The notes under the pieces were generated by a model, which saw only the letters and a list, made by a program, of their open reading frames with translations, made no database searches and was not told the DNA's origin. Shown here one piece after another: positions 34,516 to 47,425 of a stretch of DNA of 59,215 nucleotides (within the stretch, counting starts at the first letter, position 1; each line of letters begins with the position of its first letter). The stretch is from an uncultured Gammaproteobacteria bacterium (GTDB lineage Bacteria > Pseudomonadota > Gammaproteobacteria > Xanthomonadales > Xanthomonadaceae): positions 1 to 59,215 of the forward strand of contig CBIHRR010000001.1 in NCBI GenBank assembly GCA_966212495.1. The letters are read 5' to 3'. Made by a program: the position numbers and the translations under genes.

Positions 34516-37104
34516 ATGTCGCAGCAAACCACGATCCGCAAGCTGGCCGAACTGGTGAACACGCCGGTCGACAAACTGCTGGAGCAGCTGGCCGAGGCCG
34601 GCATGCGCTTCGACGGTCCCGACCAGGTCGTCACCAGCATCGAGAAGGTCAAGCTGCTCGGCTTCCTCAAGCGCTCGCACGGCAAGACCGCGGCCGCCGA
34701 GGAAGTCGTCGCGCCCAAGAAGATCACGCTCAGCCGCAGCCGGAAGCAGGAACTCACCGTCGGCGGCGGCAAGAACCGCAACACGGTCGACGTGGTGGTG
34801 CGCAAGAAGGTGACGCTGGTGAAGCCCGCCGAGGGCCAGCAGGCAACCGCATCCACGGGGACGCCGCAGGACGACGAGCGCGCCGAGATCCTGCGCAAGC
34901 TCGAGGAATCGCGGCAGCGCAACCTGTCCGAACAGCAGCGCCTGGCCGAGGCCGACCAGCGCCGCGCCGAGGAAGCCGCCGAGCGCAAGCGCATCGAGGA
35001 CGAGGCGCGCGTCGCGGCCGAACGTGCCGCCGCCGTCGCCACACCGGTTCCCGAGGATGATGCCGCCGCGCGCAAGACGCACGGCCACGGCCACCCGCGC
35101 CCGGCCGCGCCGCCGCGCGCCGACGACAAGACGCCGGCCCACCGCCACAAGACCCGCGGTTCGCACGCGATGGTCGCCGGCGTCGAGGACGACGACCGCA
35201 CCAGCCGCTTCGCGGGCCAGATGCACCTGAGCGCCGCCGACCGCGCGCGACGCACCAGCAGCGGTCGGGCCAAGCCCAAGTCCTCGCGCCGCCAGGCCGA
35301 GCAGAGCCGTTCGGGCAGCGGCTTCAACCGCCCGACCGCGCCGATCGTGCGCGAAGTCGCGATCGGCGACGCGATCACGGTGGCAGACCTGGCGCAGAAG
35401 CTCGCGCTCAAGGGCGGCGACGTGGTCAAGGCGCTGTTCAAGATGGGCGTGATGGCCACCATCACCCAGACCATCGACCACGACACCGCGGTGCTCGTCG
35501 TCGAGGAACTCGGCCACACGGCGGTCCACGCCGACGCCGGCGACGCCGAGAGCGAGCTGCTGGCCCACGTCGAGGAAGCGCAGGGCGACAAGTCGCCGCG
35601 CCCGCCGGTGGTGACCATCATGGGCCACGTCGACCACGGCAAGACCTCGCTGCTCGACTACATCCGCACGACCAAGGTCGCCTCGGGCGAAGCGGGCGGC
35701 ATCACCCAGCACATCGGCGCGTACCACGTCGACACGCCGAAGGGCACGATCAGCTTCCTCGATACCCCGGGCCACGCCGCGTTCTCGCAGATGCGCGCGC
35801 GCGGCGCGAAGCTCACCGACATCGTGGTGCTGGTGGTCGCGGCCGACGACGGCGTGATGCCGCAGACGATCGAGGCGGTGCAGCACGCGAAGGCGGCCGG
35901 CGTGCCGCTGATCGTCGCGATCAACAAGATGGACAAGTCCGACGCCGACCCGATGCGCGTCAAGAACGAGCTGCTGGCCCAGGACGTGGTCGCCGAGGAC
36001 TTCGGCGGCGACACGCAGATGGTCGAGCTCTCGGCCAAGACCGGCCAGGGCGTCGACACGCTGCTGGACGCGATCACGCTGCAGGCGGAAGTGCTCGAGC
36101 TGCGCGCCGTCGTCGACGGCCGCGCCATCGGCGTGGTGATCGAATCCTCGCTCGACAAGGGCCGCGGCCCGGTCGCGACCGTGCTGGTGCAGCAGGGCAC
36201 GCTGTCGAAGGGCGACTTCCTCGTGTGCGGCGTGCAGTACGGCCGCGTCCGCGCGCTCTTCGACGAGACCGGCAGCCAGGTGCAGTCCGCCGGCCCGTCG
36301 ATCCCGGTGCAGGTGCTCGGCCTCTCGGGCGTGCCCGATGCCGGCGACGACTTCGTGGTCGTGGCCGACGAGCGCCTGGCCAAGGACGTGGCGCAGCAGC
36401 GCGATGCCAAGCGCCGCGAGACCAGGCTCGTGAGCCAGGCGGGCAACCGCATGGAAGACATCATGGCGCAGATGGGCGAGGGCGCTGCCCAGCTCGTGCT
36501 GCCGCTGATCATCAAGGCCGACGTGCAGGGTTCGGTGCAGGCGCTGCGCGAGGCGCTCACCGGCCTGTCCAACGAGCAGATCCGCATCCAGGTGATCGGC
36601 TCCGGCGTCGGCGGCATCACCGAGTCCGACGCGCAGCTGGCCGCGACCTCCAAGGCCACGGTCATCGGCTTCAACGTCCGCGCCGATGCCTCGGCGCGCA
36701 AGCTGATCGAGACGACCGGCGTGGACCTGCGCTACTTCTCGATCATCTACGACGTCATCGACCAGGTGAAGCAGGTCGCGTCCGGCATCCTCGGCAAGGA
36801 GATCCGCGAGGAGATCATCGGCATCGCCGAAGTCCGCGACGTGTTCCGTTCGTCGAAGTTCGGCGCGGTCGCCGGCTGCATGGTCGTCGAGGGCGTGGTC
36901 AAGCGCAGCAAGCCGATCCGCGTGCTGCGCGACAGCGTCGTCGTGTTCGAGGGCGAACTCGAATCGCTGCGCCGCTTCAAGGAGAACGTCGACGAGGTGC
37001 GCGTCAACACCGAATGCGGCATCGGCGTGAAGGCGTACAACGACGTCCAGCCGGGCGACCAGATCGAGTGCTTCGAGCGCATCGAGGTCCAGCGCACGCT
37101 GTAA
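34516..37104 (+). CDS. infB: Translation initiation factor IF-2
   Basis: [31 protein letters not shown] and NKMD. Confidence 0.98.
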   Translation: MSQQTTIRKLAELVNTPVDKLLEQLAEAGMRFDGPDQVVTSIEKVKLLGFLKRSHGKTAAAEEVVAPKKITLSRSRKQELTVGGGKNRNTVDVVVRKKVTLVKPAEGQQATASTGTPQDDERAEILRKLEESRQRNLSEQQRLAEADQRRAEEAAERKRIEDEARVAAERAAAVATPVPEDDAAARKTHGHGHPRPAAPPRADDKTPAHRHKTRGSHAMVAGVEDDDRTSRFAGQMHLSAADRARRTSSGRAKPKSSRRQAEQSRSGSGFNRPTAPIVREVAIGDAITVADLAQKLALKGGDVVKALFKMGVMATITQTIDHDTAVLVVEELGHTAVHADAGDAESELLAHVEEAQGDKSPRPPVVTIMGHVDHGKTSLLDYIRTTKVASGEAGGITQHIGAYHVDTPKGTISFLDTPGHAAFSQMRARGAKLTDIVVLVVAADDGVMPQTIEAVQHAKAAGVPLIVAINKMDKSDADPMRVKNELLAQDVVAEDFGGDTQMVELSAKTGQGVDTLLDAITLQAEVLELRAVVDGRAIGVVIESSLDKGRGPVATVLVQQGTLSKGDFLVCGVQYGRVRALFDETGSQVQSAGPSIPVQVLGLSGVPDAGDDFVVVADERLAKDVAQQRDAKRRETRLVSQAGNRMEDIMAQMGEGAAQLVLPLIIKADVQGSVQALREALTGLSNEQIRIQVIGSGVGGITESDAQLAATSKATVIGFNVRADASARKLIETTGVDLRYFSIIYDVIDQVKQVASGILGKEIREEIIGIAEVRDVFRSSKFGAVAGCMVVEGVVKRSKPIRVLRDSVVVFEGELESLRRFKENVDEVRVNTECGIGVKAYNDVQPGDQIECFERIEVQRTL

Positions 37105-37119
37105 GCGCGCGCCGCCGCC

Positions 37120-37461
37120 ATGCCCGGGAAAGCCTTCAAGCGCACCGACCGCGTCTCCGCCCAGCTCCGGCGCGAGCTGGGCACGATCGTGCATGCCGCG
37201 GCGCGCGAGCACGGCCTGCCCTCGGTCAGCGTGTCCGACGTCGAGGTCACGCGCGACATGGCGCACGCCAAGGTCTTCGTGACCGCGCTGCAGCCCGAGC
37301 GCGCCCGCGAGGCGCTCAAGGCGCTCAAGGCGCTCGCGCCCGAACTGCGCCACCAGCTGGCGCAGGCGGTGAAGATGCGGCACGTGCCCGAGCTGCATTT
37401 CCACTACGACGAATCGCTCGACCGCGGCGAGCGCATCGACCAGCTGCTGCGGGACCCGTGA
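37120..37461 (+). CDS. rbfA: 30S ribosome-binding factor A
   Basis: RTDRVS...[14 protein letters not shown]...VPELHFHYD. Confidence 0.95.
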   Translation: MPGKAFKRTDRVSAQLRRELGTIVHAAAREHGLPSVSVSDVEVTRDMAHAKVFVTALQPERAREALKALKALAPELRHQLAQAVKMRHVPELHFHYDESLDRGERIDQLLRDP

Positions 37462-38447
37462 GCCGCAAACCGGGCTTCCGGAAGCTCGATGGCATCCTGC
37501 TGCTCGACAAGCCGCAGGGCCTGAGTTCCAACCAGGCGCTGCAGCGCGTGCGCCACCTGTTCCGCGCCGACAAGGCCGGCCACACCGGCAGCCTCGATCC
37601 GCTCGCCACCGGCCTGCTGCCGGTGTGCTTCGGCGAGGCCACCAAGATCGCCGGCGGCCTGCTCGGCGCGCGCAAGGCCTACGACACCGTCGCCAGCCTC
37701 GGCGCCACCACCGACACCGACGACGCGGAAGGCCAGCGCCTGCGCACGCGTCCCGTGCCGCCGCTCACCATCGGCACCATCGACGCGGCGCTGGCGCAAC
37801 TCACCGGCCGCATCCGCCAGCGGCCGCCGATCTATTCGGCGCTCAAGCGCGGCGGCGAACCGCTGTACGCGAAGGCGCGACGCGGCGAAGTCGTGGAGGT
37901 CGAAGAGCGCGAGGTCGAGGTGCACCGCTTCGAACTGCAGTCCGCCGCCGACCTGATCGACGAGCTGCGCGGCGGCGACGCGCCACCGCAGCTGCGCCTG
38001 CACGTCGAATGCGGTTCGGGCACCTACGTGCGCAGCCTGGTCCGCGACCTGGGCGAACTGCTCGGCTGCGGCGCGCACGTGGCCGAGTTGCGGCGCCTGT
38101 GGGTGGATCCGTTCCGCGAACCGCGGATGTGGACGCTCGAAGCCCTGCAGGCCCTGGCCGAACGCGGCGAACGCGGCCTGGACGCCTGCCTGCTGCCGGT
38201 CGAGGCCGGCATGGCCTCCTGGCCCGAGGTCCGGGTCGCCGCGGCGCAGGCGCGGCGGCTGGGGCAGGGGCAAGGCGTGCCGGGGTTCAGGCCCGCCCCG
38301 AGCGTGGCGATCGTGGACGAGGCCGGGCGCGCACTTGGCCTGGGCACCGTGGACGACGAGGGCTGCCTGCGGCCGCAGCGCCTGTTCGCCTGGGCGGCCG
38401 CCCAGCCGACGCCCGGGCCCGCCGCCGTGCCGCCGCCTTGTCCCTGA
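37458..38447 (+). CDS. truB: tRNA pseudouridine(55) synthase
   Basis: [28 protein letters not shown] and [14 protein letters not shown] overlap with rbfA. Confidence 0.96.
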   Translation: MSRKPGFRKLDGILLLDKPQGLSSNQALQRVRHLFRADKAGHTGSLDPLATGLLPVCFGEATKIAGGLLGARKAYDTVASLGATTDTDDAEGQRLRTRPVPPLTIGTIDAALAQLTGRIRQRPPIYSALKRGGEPLYAKARRGEVVEVEEREVEVHRFELQSAADLIDELRGGDAPPQLRLHVECGSGTYVRSLVRDLGELLGCGAHVAELRRLWVDPFREPRMWTLEALQALAERGERGLDACLLPVEAGMASWPEVRVAAAQARRLGQGQGVPGFRPAPSVAIVDEAGRALGLGTVDDEGCLRPQRLFAWAAAQPTPGPAAVPPPCP

Positions 38448-38467
38448 GCGGCCCGGCCCGCTATACT
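38438..38467 (+). promoter_or_regulatory. Probable sigma70 promoter for rpsO
   Basis: TTGTCC-N18-TATACT. Confidence 0.5.
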
Positions 38468-38583
38468 TTCAAGGCTTTACCACCCCGCTCAACGCGGGCC
38501 CACGCACGCGGCGGGCCTGGCGGTGCGCCCGTCCCGATGGCCGAGGCGTTCCTGCCGACCACGCATCCACTGAAGGCACCCCA

Positions 38584-38844
38584 ATGTCCATCGACAGCAG
38601 CACGATCATCGAAGAGCACAAGCGCGGCACCAACGACACCGGTTCCCCCGAAGTCCAGGTGGCCCTGCTCACCGCCCGCATCAACCAGCTCAGCGAGCAC
38701 TTCAAGACCCACAAGCAGGACCACCACAGCCGTCGCGGCCTGCTCATGATGGTCAACCGCCGCCGCAGCCTGCTCGACTACCTGCACCGCAAGGACGCCG
38801 AGCGCTACAAGGCGCTGATCCAGAAACTGGGCCTGCGTCGCTGA
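38584..38844 (+). CDS. rpsO: 30S ribosomal protein S15
   Basis: [13 protein letters not shown]...[11 protein letters not shown]...LGLRR. Confidence 0.97.
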   Translation: MSIDSSTIIEEHKRGTNDTGSPEVQVALLTARINQLSEHFKTHKQDHHSRRGLLMMVNRRRSLLDYLHRKDAERYKALIQKLGLRR

Positions 38845-38855
38845 GCAAGATCCCG

Positions 38856-38889
38856 ACCGCGGCGCAGCAATGCGCCGCGGTTTTTGTTT
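38856..38889 (+). terminator. Terminator after rpsO
   Basis: accgcggcgca-gcaa-tgcgccgcggt plus T tract. Confidence 0.85.
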
Positions 38890-38944
38890 CAGATCGAAAT
38901 TGAAAGCAAGCATTCGAACGCAATCGCATCCAAGGAATTCCAAC

Positions 38945-41050
<2,106 letters not shown>

Positions 41051-41085
41051 TCCGCGCCCCGCGCCAGCGCGAACGATCGAACAAG

Positions 41086-41108
41086 AAGCGGGCTTCGGCC
41101 CGCTTTTT
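41086..41108 (+). terminator. Terminator after pnp
   Basis: aagcgggc-ttcg-gcccgctt followed by ttt. Confidence 0.85.
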
Positions 41109-41168
41109 CCTTGCGTTCCGGGCAGGTGCAGGCGACGCCCGCGGCGCCGCACATCCGCTGCCGCGGCG

Positions 41169-42569
41169 TTATTGCCCCCAGGTGCCGCTACGCTTCATCA
41201 CCCCCCACTTCTGCTTGCGACGCGTCGCCCACTGCCACAGTCCGCGGCAGCGCCACAGCGTGTTGAGCTGGCGGTAGCCGAAGTTCTCGATCACGGCGAC
41301 GAAGAACAGCAGCACGATGTCGCGCTTGCGGCTGTAGACGCGGAACGAAAGCGCCTCGAGCAGCAGCCCGTTCACCGACAGCATGATGCCCATGCCGATC
41401 GCCACGCTGAGGAAGACCGTCAGCGCCAGCGGCGAGACGATGCCCAGCGCGAAGCCGAAGAGCATGAACACGTAGCCCGCGAGTTCGACCACCGGGCCGA
41501 TCCATTCGAACAGCGCCATGAACGGCCACGCCAGCCAGCCGGCGGCACCGCCCTTGGGTCCGAGCGCCCAGGCCGCGTGCCGCGACAGGCTCTCCGACAG
41601 GCCGCGTTGCCAGCGGCTGCGCTGGCGGCCGAGCGTGCCGGCGTCCTCGGGTGCTTCGGTCCAGCAGATCGGATCGGGCACGTAGCGGATGCGATAGGGA
41701 ATGCCGCGCTCGCGGTGGTAGCGGTGCAGGCGCACGACCAGCTCCATGTCCTCGCCCACGGTGTCGTGCCGATAGCCGCCGGCCTCGATCACGCGCGCGC
41801 GGTCGAACAGGCCGAATGCGCCGGAGATGATCAGCACCGCGTTCATCGGCGACCAACCCAGCCGGCCGAACAGGAAGGCGCGCAGGTATTCGACGATCTG
41901 GAAGCGGGCCAGCCAGTTGCGCGGGATGCCCGCCGCCTCCAGGAAGCCGCCGCGCACGCGCGAGCCGTTGGCGATGCGCACGGTGCCGCCGGAGGCGATG
42001 GTGCGCTCGTCGTCGAGGAAGGGCTGCACCACGCGCAGCAGGCTGTCGCGCTGCAGGATCGAATCGGCGTCCACCGCGCAGAACAGGGCGTTGCGCGCGG
42101 CGTTGATGCCGGCGTTGAGCGCGTCGGCCTTGCCGCCGTTGGCCTTGTCGATGACGCGCAGGTTGGCGTAGGTGAGCGAGCGGTAGACGCCGCGGACCTC
42201 CGCGTGCGGCAGCGTGCGCCGCAGCGGCTCCGGGTGCGGCACCAGCGCGAATTCCTCCATGAGCATGCGCAGCGTTTCGTCCTTCGAGCCGTCGTTGACG
42301 ACCACGAGTTCGAAGTCCGGGTACTGCAGCTGCAGCATCGATCGCACCGAGCTGCGGATCGTGGCTTCCTCGTTGTAGGCGGGCACCAATAGCGAAACCG
42401 ACGGCTCGATGCCGAGGTAGCGCGTCGCCTCGTTGCCGCCGCGCTCGCGCATGTAGCGGTTGAGGCTGGCCATGGAGAGCAGGTTGAGGCCGAGGTAGCC
42501 GCCGTTGAGGGCGACGAAGTAGCCGATGAAGCCGACCTGCAGCCACCACCCGGCGTCGGCCAGGTTCAT
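41169..42569 (-). CDS. Processive family-2 glycosyltransferase (PgaC/IcaA-like)
   Basis: PAYNE, NDGS, GGKADALN, VDAD, GED and QRSRW (D,D,D,QxxRW), with N- and C-terminal TM helices. Confidence 0.9.
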   Translation of the reverse strand: MNLADAGWWLQVGFIGYFVALNGGYLGLNLLSMASLNRYMRERGGNEATRYLGIEPSVSLLVPAYNEEATIRSSVRSMLQLQYPDFELVVVNDGSKDETLRMLMEEFALVPHPEPLRRTLPHAEVRGVYRSLTYANLRVIDKANGGKADALNAGINAARNALFCAVDADSILQRDSLLRVVQPFLDDERTIASGGTVRIANGSRVRGGFLEAAGIPRNWLARFQIVEYLRAFLFGRLGWSPMNAVLIISGAFGLFDRARVIEAGGYRHDTVGEDMELVVRLHRYHRERGIPYRIRYVPDPICWTEAPEDAGTLGRQRSRWQRGLSESLSRHAAWALGPKGGAAGWLAWPFMALFEWIGPVVELAGYVFMLFGFALGIVSPLALTVFLSVAIGMGIMLSVNGLLLEALSFRVYSRKRDIVLLFFVAVIENFGYRQLNTLWRCRGLWQWATRRKQKWGVMKRSGTWGQ

Positions 42570-43690
42570 CGCGCGCGCTCCGACAGCGCCCGCTGCATCG
42601 CTTCGCGGCCGTAACGGTCGTACACCGCGTCGGCCATCGCCGACAAGCCGGCGGGATCGAGGCCCGGCATCGACACCAGCGCGTCGGCCGCCGCCTGGCG
42701 GACCGCCCAGTTGCGGTCGGAGAGCATGTGCAGCAGGGCATCGGCATCGGAAACCAGGACCTGCGCGCGCAGCGCTTCGATCGCCGCGAGCCGGGCCGCG
42801 CCGAGCGGATCGCGCAGGCTGGCGAGGATGCGCGCGTGGTCGGCGGGATCGTGCAGCGCGCCGACCACGCGCAGCGCGGCGACGCGTTCCAGGCCGGGCC
42901 TCGCCTCGGCGTCGGCGTGCTCGCCGGTGCGCGCCGGCGCGTGCTCCGGCAACGGCCGCTCGAGGATGCCGCGCGCCCACGGCGCCAGCGCGCGCGGTTC
43001 CGCGTGGCGCAGCAGCTCGAGCAGCCGCGCGCGTGCCCACGGCGGCAGCGGTTCGCGCAGCAGGTCGACGAGCGGCTGGGTCACGGCGTTGCGGCCGGCA
43101 TGGAGGCAGGCGAGGTCGATGCGGTTGCGCGACCAGTCGCGGCGGCGCAGCGCCATCGGCAGGATGCGTCGCATCGCGCGCACCGGATCGATCGCGACCA
43201 GGGCCTCGGCTGCCGCCAGCGAGATCACCGCGCCGGGGGCCTCGACCAGCGGCCTGATCGCGGACCAGTTCGCGCTGTCGCCAAGGTGGCGCAGCGCGGC
43301 CAGCGCCGTGAGCTGGCCGCGCATGTCGCGTCGCGCGAGCAGGGACAGCGCGTGCCGGTCCAGGCCGAGCGTGCACAGCAGGGCGTTCAGCCGCGCGTGC
43401 GCCGGGCCGCGCAGGTGGAACTGCACCTGGTTCCAGAGCCGCAGCAGCCAGTCGCATTCGCGGCGCCCGGCCAGCGCGGGGAAGGTTTCGGAGTCCGTCA
43501 CCAGGCCGAGGCTTTCGGCGACCAGCAGCGGCCGCCAGCGCGCGTCGAATCGTTCGCGGCGGCGCTCGCGGCGCGCGCCGAACTGCGACAGCAGCAACAC
43601 CTGCAGCATCACCAGCAGCGAGATCGTGGCCAGCCCGAGCGCCGCCAGCAACGCGAACCTCAGGACGGGATCGAGGGCGGCAAACGACAC
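42566..43690 (-). CDS. HEAT-repeat membrane-anchored protein
   Basis: N-terminal TM helix; HEAT-like repeats LRDPLGAARLAAIEAL and LSDRNWAVRQAAADAL. Confidence 0.75.
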   Translation of the reverse strand: MSFAALDPVLRFALLAALGLATISLLVMLQVLLLSQFGARRERRRERFDARWRPLLVAESLGLVTDSETFPALAGRRECDWLLRLWNQVQFHLRGPAHARLNALLCTLGLDRHALSLLARRDMRGQLTALAALRHLGDSANWSAIRPLVEAPGAVISLAAAEALVAIDPVRAMRRILPMALRRRDWSRNRIDLACLHAGRNAVTQPLVDLLREPLPPWARARLLELLRHAEPRALAPWARGILERPLPEHAPARTGEHADAEARPGLERVAALRVVGALHDPADHARILASLRDPLGAARLAAIEALRAQVLVSDADALLHMLSDRNWAVRQAAADALVSMPGLDPAGLSAMADAVYDRYGREAMQRALSERAR

Positions 43691-43700
43691 CGCGCTGGCC

Positions 43701-44099
43701 TCAGGCGGGCTTGCGCAGCAGGCGCCGGACCCGCGCCAGGACTTCTTCGGGCTGGAACGGCTTGGTCACGTAATCGTCGGCGCCCAGGTCGAGCGCGCGC
43801 ACGATGTCGGCCTCGCGCGCCTTGGCGGTCAGCATCAGCACAGGCAGCGTGTCCCACTCGGGCAAGCGCCGCAGTTGCGCCAGCACCTCGAGGCCGTCGT
43901 GGTAGGGCAGCATGATGTCCATCAGCACCAGGTCCGGCGGCGGCTCCTGCAGCTTCTGGAGTGCCTGCCGCCCATCGAGCGCCTGGTCCACCGCGAAGCC
44001 GTTGCGCTCCATGAGGAAGCGCAGGATGAAGCCGATGTGCTCGTCGTCCTCGACGAGCAGCACCCGCGGCAGGGCTTGGTTCAAGTTGACATCCTCCAC
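43701..44099 (-). CDS. Single-domain response regulator
   Basis: LLVEDD, VLMDIMLP, MLTA and YVTKPF; no output domain. Confidence 0.92.
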   Translation of the reverse strand: MEDVNLNQALPRVLLVEDDEHIGFILRFLMERNGFAVDQALDGRQALQKLQEPPPDLVLMDIMLPYHDGLEVLAQLRRLPEWDTLPVLMLTAKAREADIVRALDLGADDYVTKPFQPEEVLARVRRLLRKPA

Positions 44100-44103
44100 T
44101 CCG

Positions 44104-46647
44104 TCATTCTCCGTCCCCGGTGGGGTTTGCGCCGTGATCGTCGGCGCGTGGCCAGGACTGCAGCTGGTCGTGGATCAGCGCCGCCAGTTCGGGACCGTCG
44201 TGGTGCGACTTCACCAGCCGGCGCAGGATGACCGTGCTGTCGGGCAGCGGCGTGTCCCGCGCCGAAAAGATGATGACGCGCGTCGGCGGGCGGGCCGCCG
44301 CCAGTTCGTCGAGCAGTTCGGCGCCGTCCCCGTCGGGCAGCATCAGGTCCAGGATCACCAGCTCGTGGTGGCGCTCGGCCAGGGCGACGCGTGCCTCGGC
44401 GAGCGTGGCCGCGCCATGGAGCGTCAGCGGCTCGCCCTCGAGCAGGCCGCCGAGCAGGCGGCGCAGGTCCTCGTCGTCCTCGACGTGCAGCACCTGGGGA
44501 CGATGCTCGCGCGAGTCGAGGCAGGCGCGGACGGACGCGACCACCCGGTCGGCGTCGAAAGGCTTGGACAGCCAGTCGCCGATGCCGATCGCGCCGCCGG
44601 ACAGGCCGCGCGGATCGCTTTCCGGCGGGCGCACACCCACCGCCAGGATCGGCAGGTGGCGGTACTCGGGCACGCCACGCAGGTTGCGCACGAATCCGAG
44701 CGGATCCTCGTTGCGCAACGCGAGGCTGATGGTCACCGCGTGCACGGGCTCGCGCGACAGCAGCGCGCGTGCGCGCGCCGTGGTGGCGGCGGCGAGGGTG
44801 CGATAGCCGCGCGCCTGCAGGATGCGGGCCAGCTGCGCCGACGCGTCGACGTCGTCGTCGACGATCAGCACCAGCGGCAGGTCGAGCATGCCCGCATCCG
44901 GCAGCCGCGCGGGCGCGGGGGCCGGCGTGGTCGGCAGCTGGAAGTGGAAGCGCGTGCCTTCGCCCGTCGTGGTATCGAAGCCGATGCTGCCGCCGTGCTG
45001 CTCGACCAGGGTCTTCGTGATCGCCAGGCCCAGCCCGGTGCCGCCGCGCTGGCGCGCGTCGGAGCCGTCGGCCTGCGAAAAGCGCTCGAACACGCGCGCG
45101 CGGAATTCCTCGGGGATGCCGTTGCCGTGGTCGCGCACGCCGATCTCGACCTTGCCGTCGACGCGGGCGGCATCGATGGCCACGACGCCGCCGGGCGGCG
45201 AATGCTTCGCGGCATTGGAGAGGAGGTTGGCCATGACTTGCGCCAGCCGGTCGGCGTCGCCGCGGAGCCAGGCATCGCCGTCGTCGACGCGGGCCTCGAT
45301 GCGGACCCCGAACTCGCGCGCATACGCCGCGTTCTGCTCGACGGCCTGTTCGACCAGGGTGCGCAACTGCAGCGGTTGCATCTGCAGCTGCAGGCGGCCG
45401 GATTCGAGCTTCTCGATGTCCAGCAGGTCGTTGATCAGGCGCACCAGGCGCTCGCAGCTCTTGTGGGCGATGTCGAGCAGCGGTCGCGCGGCCGGGTCGA
45501 CTTCGCCGGCCATGCCGCCGATGAGCATGCCGAGCGCGCCGCGGATCGAGGTGAGCGGCGTCCGCAGCTCATGGCTGACGGTGGACACGAACTCGGCCTT
45601 GAGTTTCTCGACCTCGCGGCGCGCGGAGATGTCCAGCCCCACGACGAGGACGCGGCGCTCTTCGCCCGGCAGGTCCATCGACCGCTTCGCGACCTGGAAC
45701 CAGCGTTCCGAGCCGGCGGCGTCGATCACGCCGACTTCCTCGTGGGCGCCACCGAGGCGCCCGGCGGCGATGTCTTCGTCGCGGGCGAACAACTGTGGCG
45801 CGCGGGCCACGATCGGGCCCGACGGCTGGCCTTCCAGGTGCTCGGGCCTGGCCCCGAACACCGACGCGAACGCGGCATTGCACAGGTCGAAGCTGCCGTC
45901 GCTGCGGCGCACGTAGATCAGGTTCTCGTCGGCGTCGACCACCGTGCGCAGGAAGGCGCGCTGCTCGCGCATGCGCGCCTCGCCGGCGCGGGCCCGCTCG
46001 GCCAGGCGGCGGCGCGTGCGCAGGTTGAGGTTGATGGCGATGAACGTGCCGAGCAGCAGCAGGCCGACGATGCCGCCGCCCACGACCACGTCGCGGCGAC
46101 TGCGGGAGTACTGCGCCTCGACCGCGACGCGGCCCGCCTGCAACCGCGCGCGCTCCTCGGTTTCCAGGTCGTCGAGCTGCACGCGGATGCGATCCATCGT
46201 CCGCTTGCCCAGGCCGGTACGGGTCTGCGACATCGCGGCCTCCAGGCCGCTCTCGCGCCGCAGCCGGATGGCGCGCGTGGACAGGGCGATGCGTGCCTCG
46301 ATGTCGGCGCGCAGGTGGCGCAGCCAGGCGTCGCGGGAGGGCTTCCTGCCCCGGAGCAGCCCGGCGAGGCGCCGGTACTCGAGCGTCCACTGGGCGCGCC
46401 CGGCCTCGTAGGGTTCGAGGTATTCGTCGCGACCCGTCAGCACGAAGCCGCGCGCGCCGGTCTCCACGTCGAGCACCGAGGAGCGGACGCTCTTCACGGC
46501 GGTCACGAGTTCGAGGCTGCGCCGGACGTCCTCGTTGTTCGCCAGCACCGCGTCGGCGCTCTGCAGGCCGCGGGCGGCGAGCAGGGCGACCAGCGCGGCC
46601 GCCAGGGTGAAACCCAGGTTGTGGATGAAGGTCGCCGTTGGACGCAA
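44104..46647 (-). CDS. Hybrid sensor histidine kinase (CHASE3-PAS-HisKA-HATPase-REC-REC)
   Basis: ETGARGFVLTG...YLEPY (CHASE3), VSHELRTPL, NLLSNAAK and GGTGLGL; two C-terminal receiver-like domains. TTG start is uncertain. Confidence 0.9.
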   Translation of the reverse strand: MRPTATFIHNLGFTLAAALVALLAARGLQSADAVLANNEDVRRSLELVTAVKSVRSSVLDVETGARGFVLTGRDEYLEPYEAGRAQWTLEYRRLAGLLRGRKPSRDAWLRHLRADIEARIALSTRAIRLRRESGLEAAMSQTRTGLGKRTMDRIRVQLDDLETEERARLQAGRVAVEAQYSRSRRDVVVGGGIVGLLLLGTFIAINLNLRTRRRLAERARAGEARMREQRAFLRTVVDADENLIYVRRSDGSFDLCNAAFASVFGARPEHLEGQPSGPIVARAPQLFARDEDIAAGRLGGAHEEVGVIDAAGSERWFQVAKRSMDLPGEERRVLVVGLDISARREVEKLKAEFVSTVSHELRTPLTSIRGALGMLIGGMAGEVDPAARPLLDIAHKSCERLVRLINDLLDIEKLESGRLQLQMQPLQLRTLVEQAVEQNAAYAREFGVRIEARVDDGDAWLRGDADRLAQVMANLLSNAAKHSPPGGVVAIDAARVDGKVEIGVRDHGNGIPEEFRARVFERFSQADGSDARQRGGTGLGLAITKTLVEQHGGSIGFDTTTGEGTRFHFQLPTTPAPAPARLPDAGMLDLPLVLIVDDDVDASAQLARILQARGYRTLAAATTARARALLSREPVHAVTISLALRNEDPLGFVRNLRGVPEYRHLPILAVGVRPPESDPRGLSGGAIGIGDWLSKPFDADRVVASVRACLDSREHRPQVLHVEDDEDLRRLLGGLLEGEPLTLHGAATLAEARVALAERHHELVILDLMLPDGDGAELLDELAAARPPTRVIIFSARDTPLPDSTVILRRLVKSHHDGPELAALIHDQLQSWPRADDHGANPTGDGE

Positions 46648-46754
46648 GGCACGTTCCCGCGCTGGCCGGTTCTCCCGCCAGTCTAGCCCGAAGCCCGCGG
46701 CGAGGTGCTACGCTCGGCGCGGCATCCGGGCATCCGGGCGTACGGGGGTGGACG

Positions 46755-47402
46755 ATGCGGATGGGGCCGGTCTGGCTGGCGGCACTGATGGCGGTCTCGG
46801 GCGGCGCGTCCGGAAAGGATGGCGCGCTCGAGGTCCATGTCGCCGATGCGCGCGGCGCCCCGGTCGCGGATGCGATCGTCTCGGTCCGCCCGCGCGGCGG
46901 CGGCGTTGCACCCGTGCCGGCGCCTTCGCGCCACACGATCGACCAGAAGAACCTCGCGTTCACGCCGTCGCTGGAGGTCGCCCGTCCCGGCGACGAAGTG
47001 GTGTTCCGCAACAGCGACGGCACGCGCCACCATGTCTATTCGTTCTCGCCCGCGGCGAAGTTCGAGTTCGTGCTCGCGCCGCGCGACAGCTCGCCGCCGC
47101 TGCGCCTGCAGCGCACCGGCGTGGTCGCGGTCGGCTGCAACATCCACGACAGCATGATCGCGTGGCTGTACGTCACCGACGCGCCGTGGACCGCGCGCAC
47201 CGGCGCGGACGGCCGCGCCAGCTTCGATGCGTTGCCGCCGGGCGACTACGAAGTGCGCGCCTGGCAACCGCGGCTCAGGCCCGGCCGCGCCGAACCGACG
47301 CGCAACGCGACGGTCGCGGCCGGCGCTTCCACCCCCGTGTCGCTCGCCCTGACCCTGCTGCCGCCGCCTCCGCGGACGGGCCACGACCACATGCAGTATT
47401 GA
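46755..47402 (+). CDS. Periplasmic cupredoxin-like protein (MauL-like)
   Basis: Signal peptide. IDQKNLAF-P, NSDGTRHHVYSFS and GCNIHDSM, giving a His...Cys-His-Met ligand set. Confidence 0.78.
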   Translation: MRMGPVWLAALMAVSGGASGKDGALEVHVADARGAPVADAIVSVRPRGGGVAPVPAPSRHTIDQKNLAFTPSLEVARPGDEVVFRNSDGTRHHVYSFSPAAKFEFVLAPRDSSPPLRLQRTGVVAVGCNIHDSMIAWLYVTDAPWTARTGADGRASFDALPPGDYEVRAWQPRLRPGRAEPTRNATVAAGASTPVSLALTLLPPPPRTGHDHMQY

Positions 47403-47425
47403 CCGCGCCGCGAGCTCGCGCCGCC

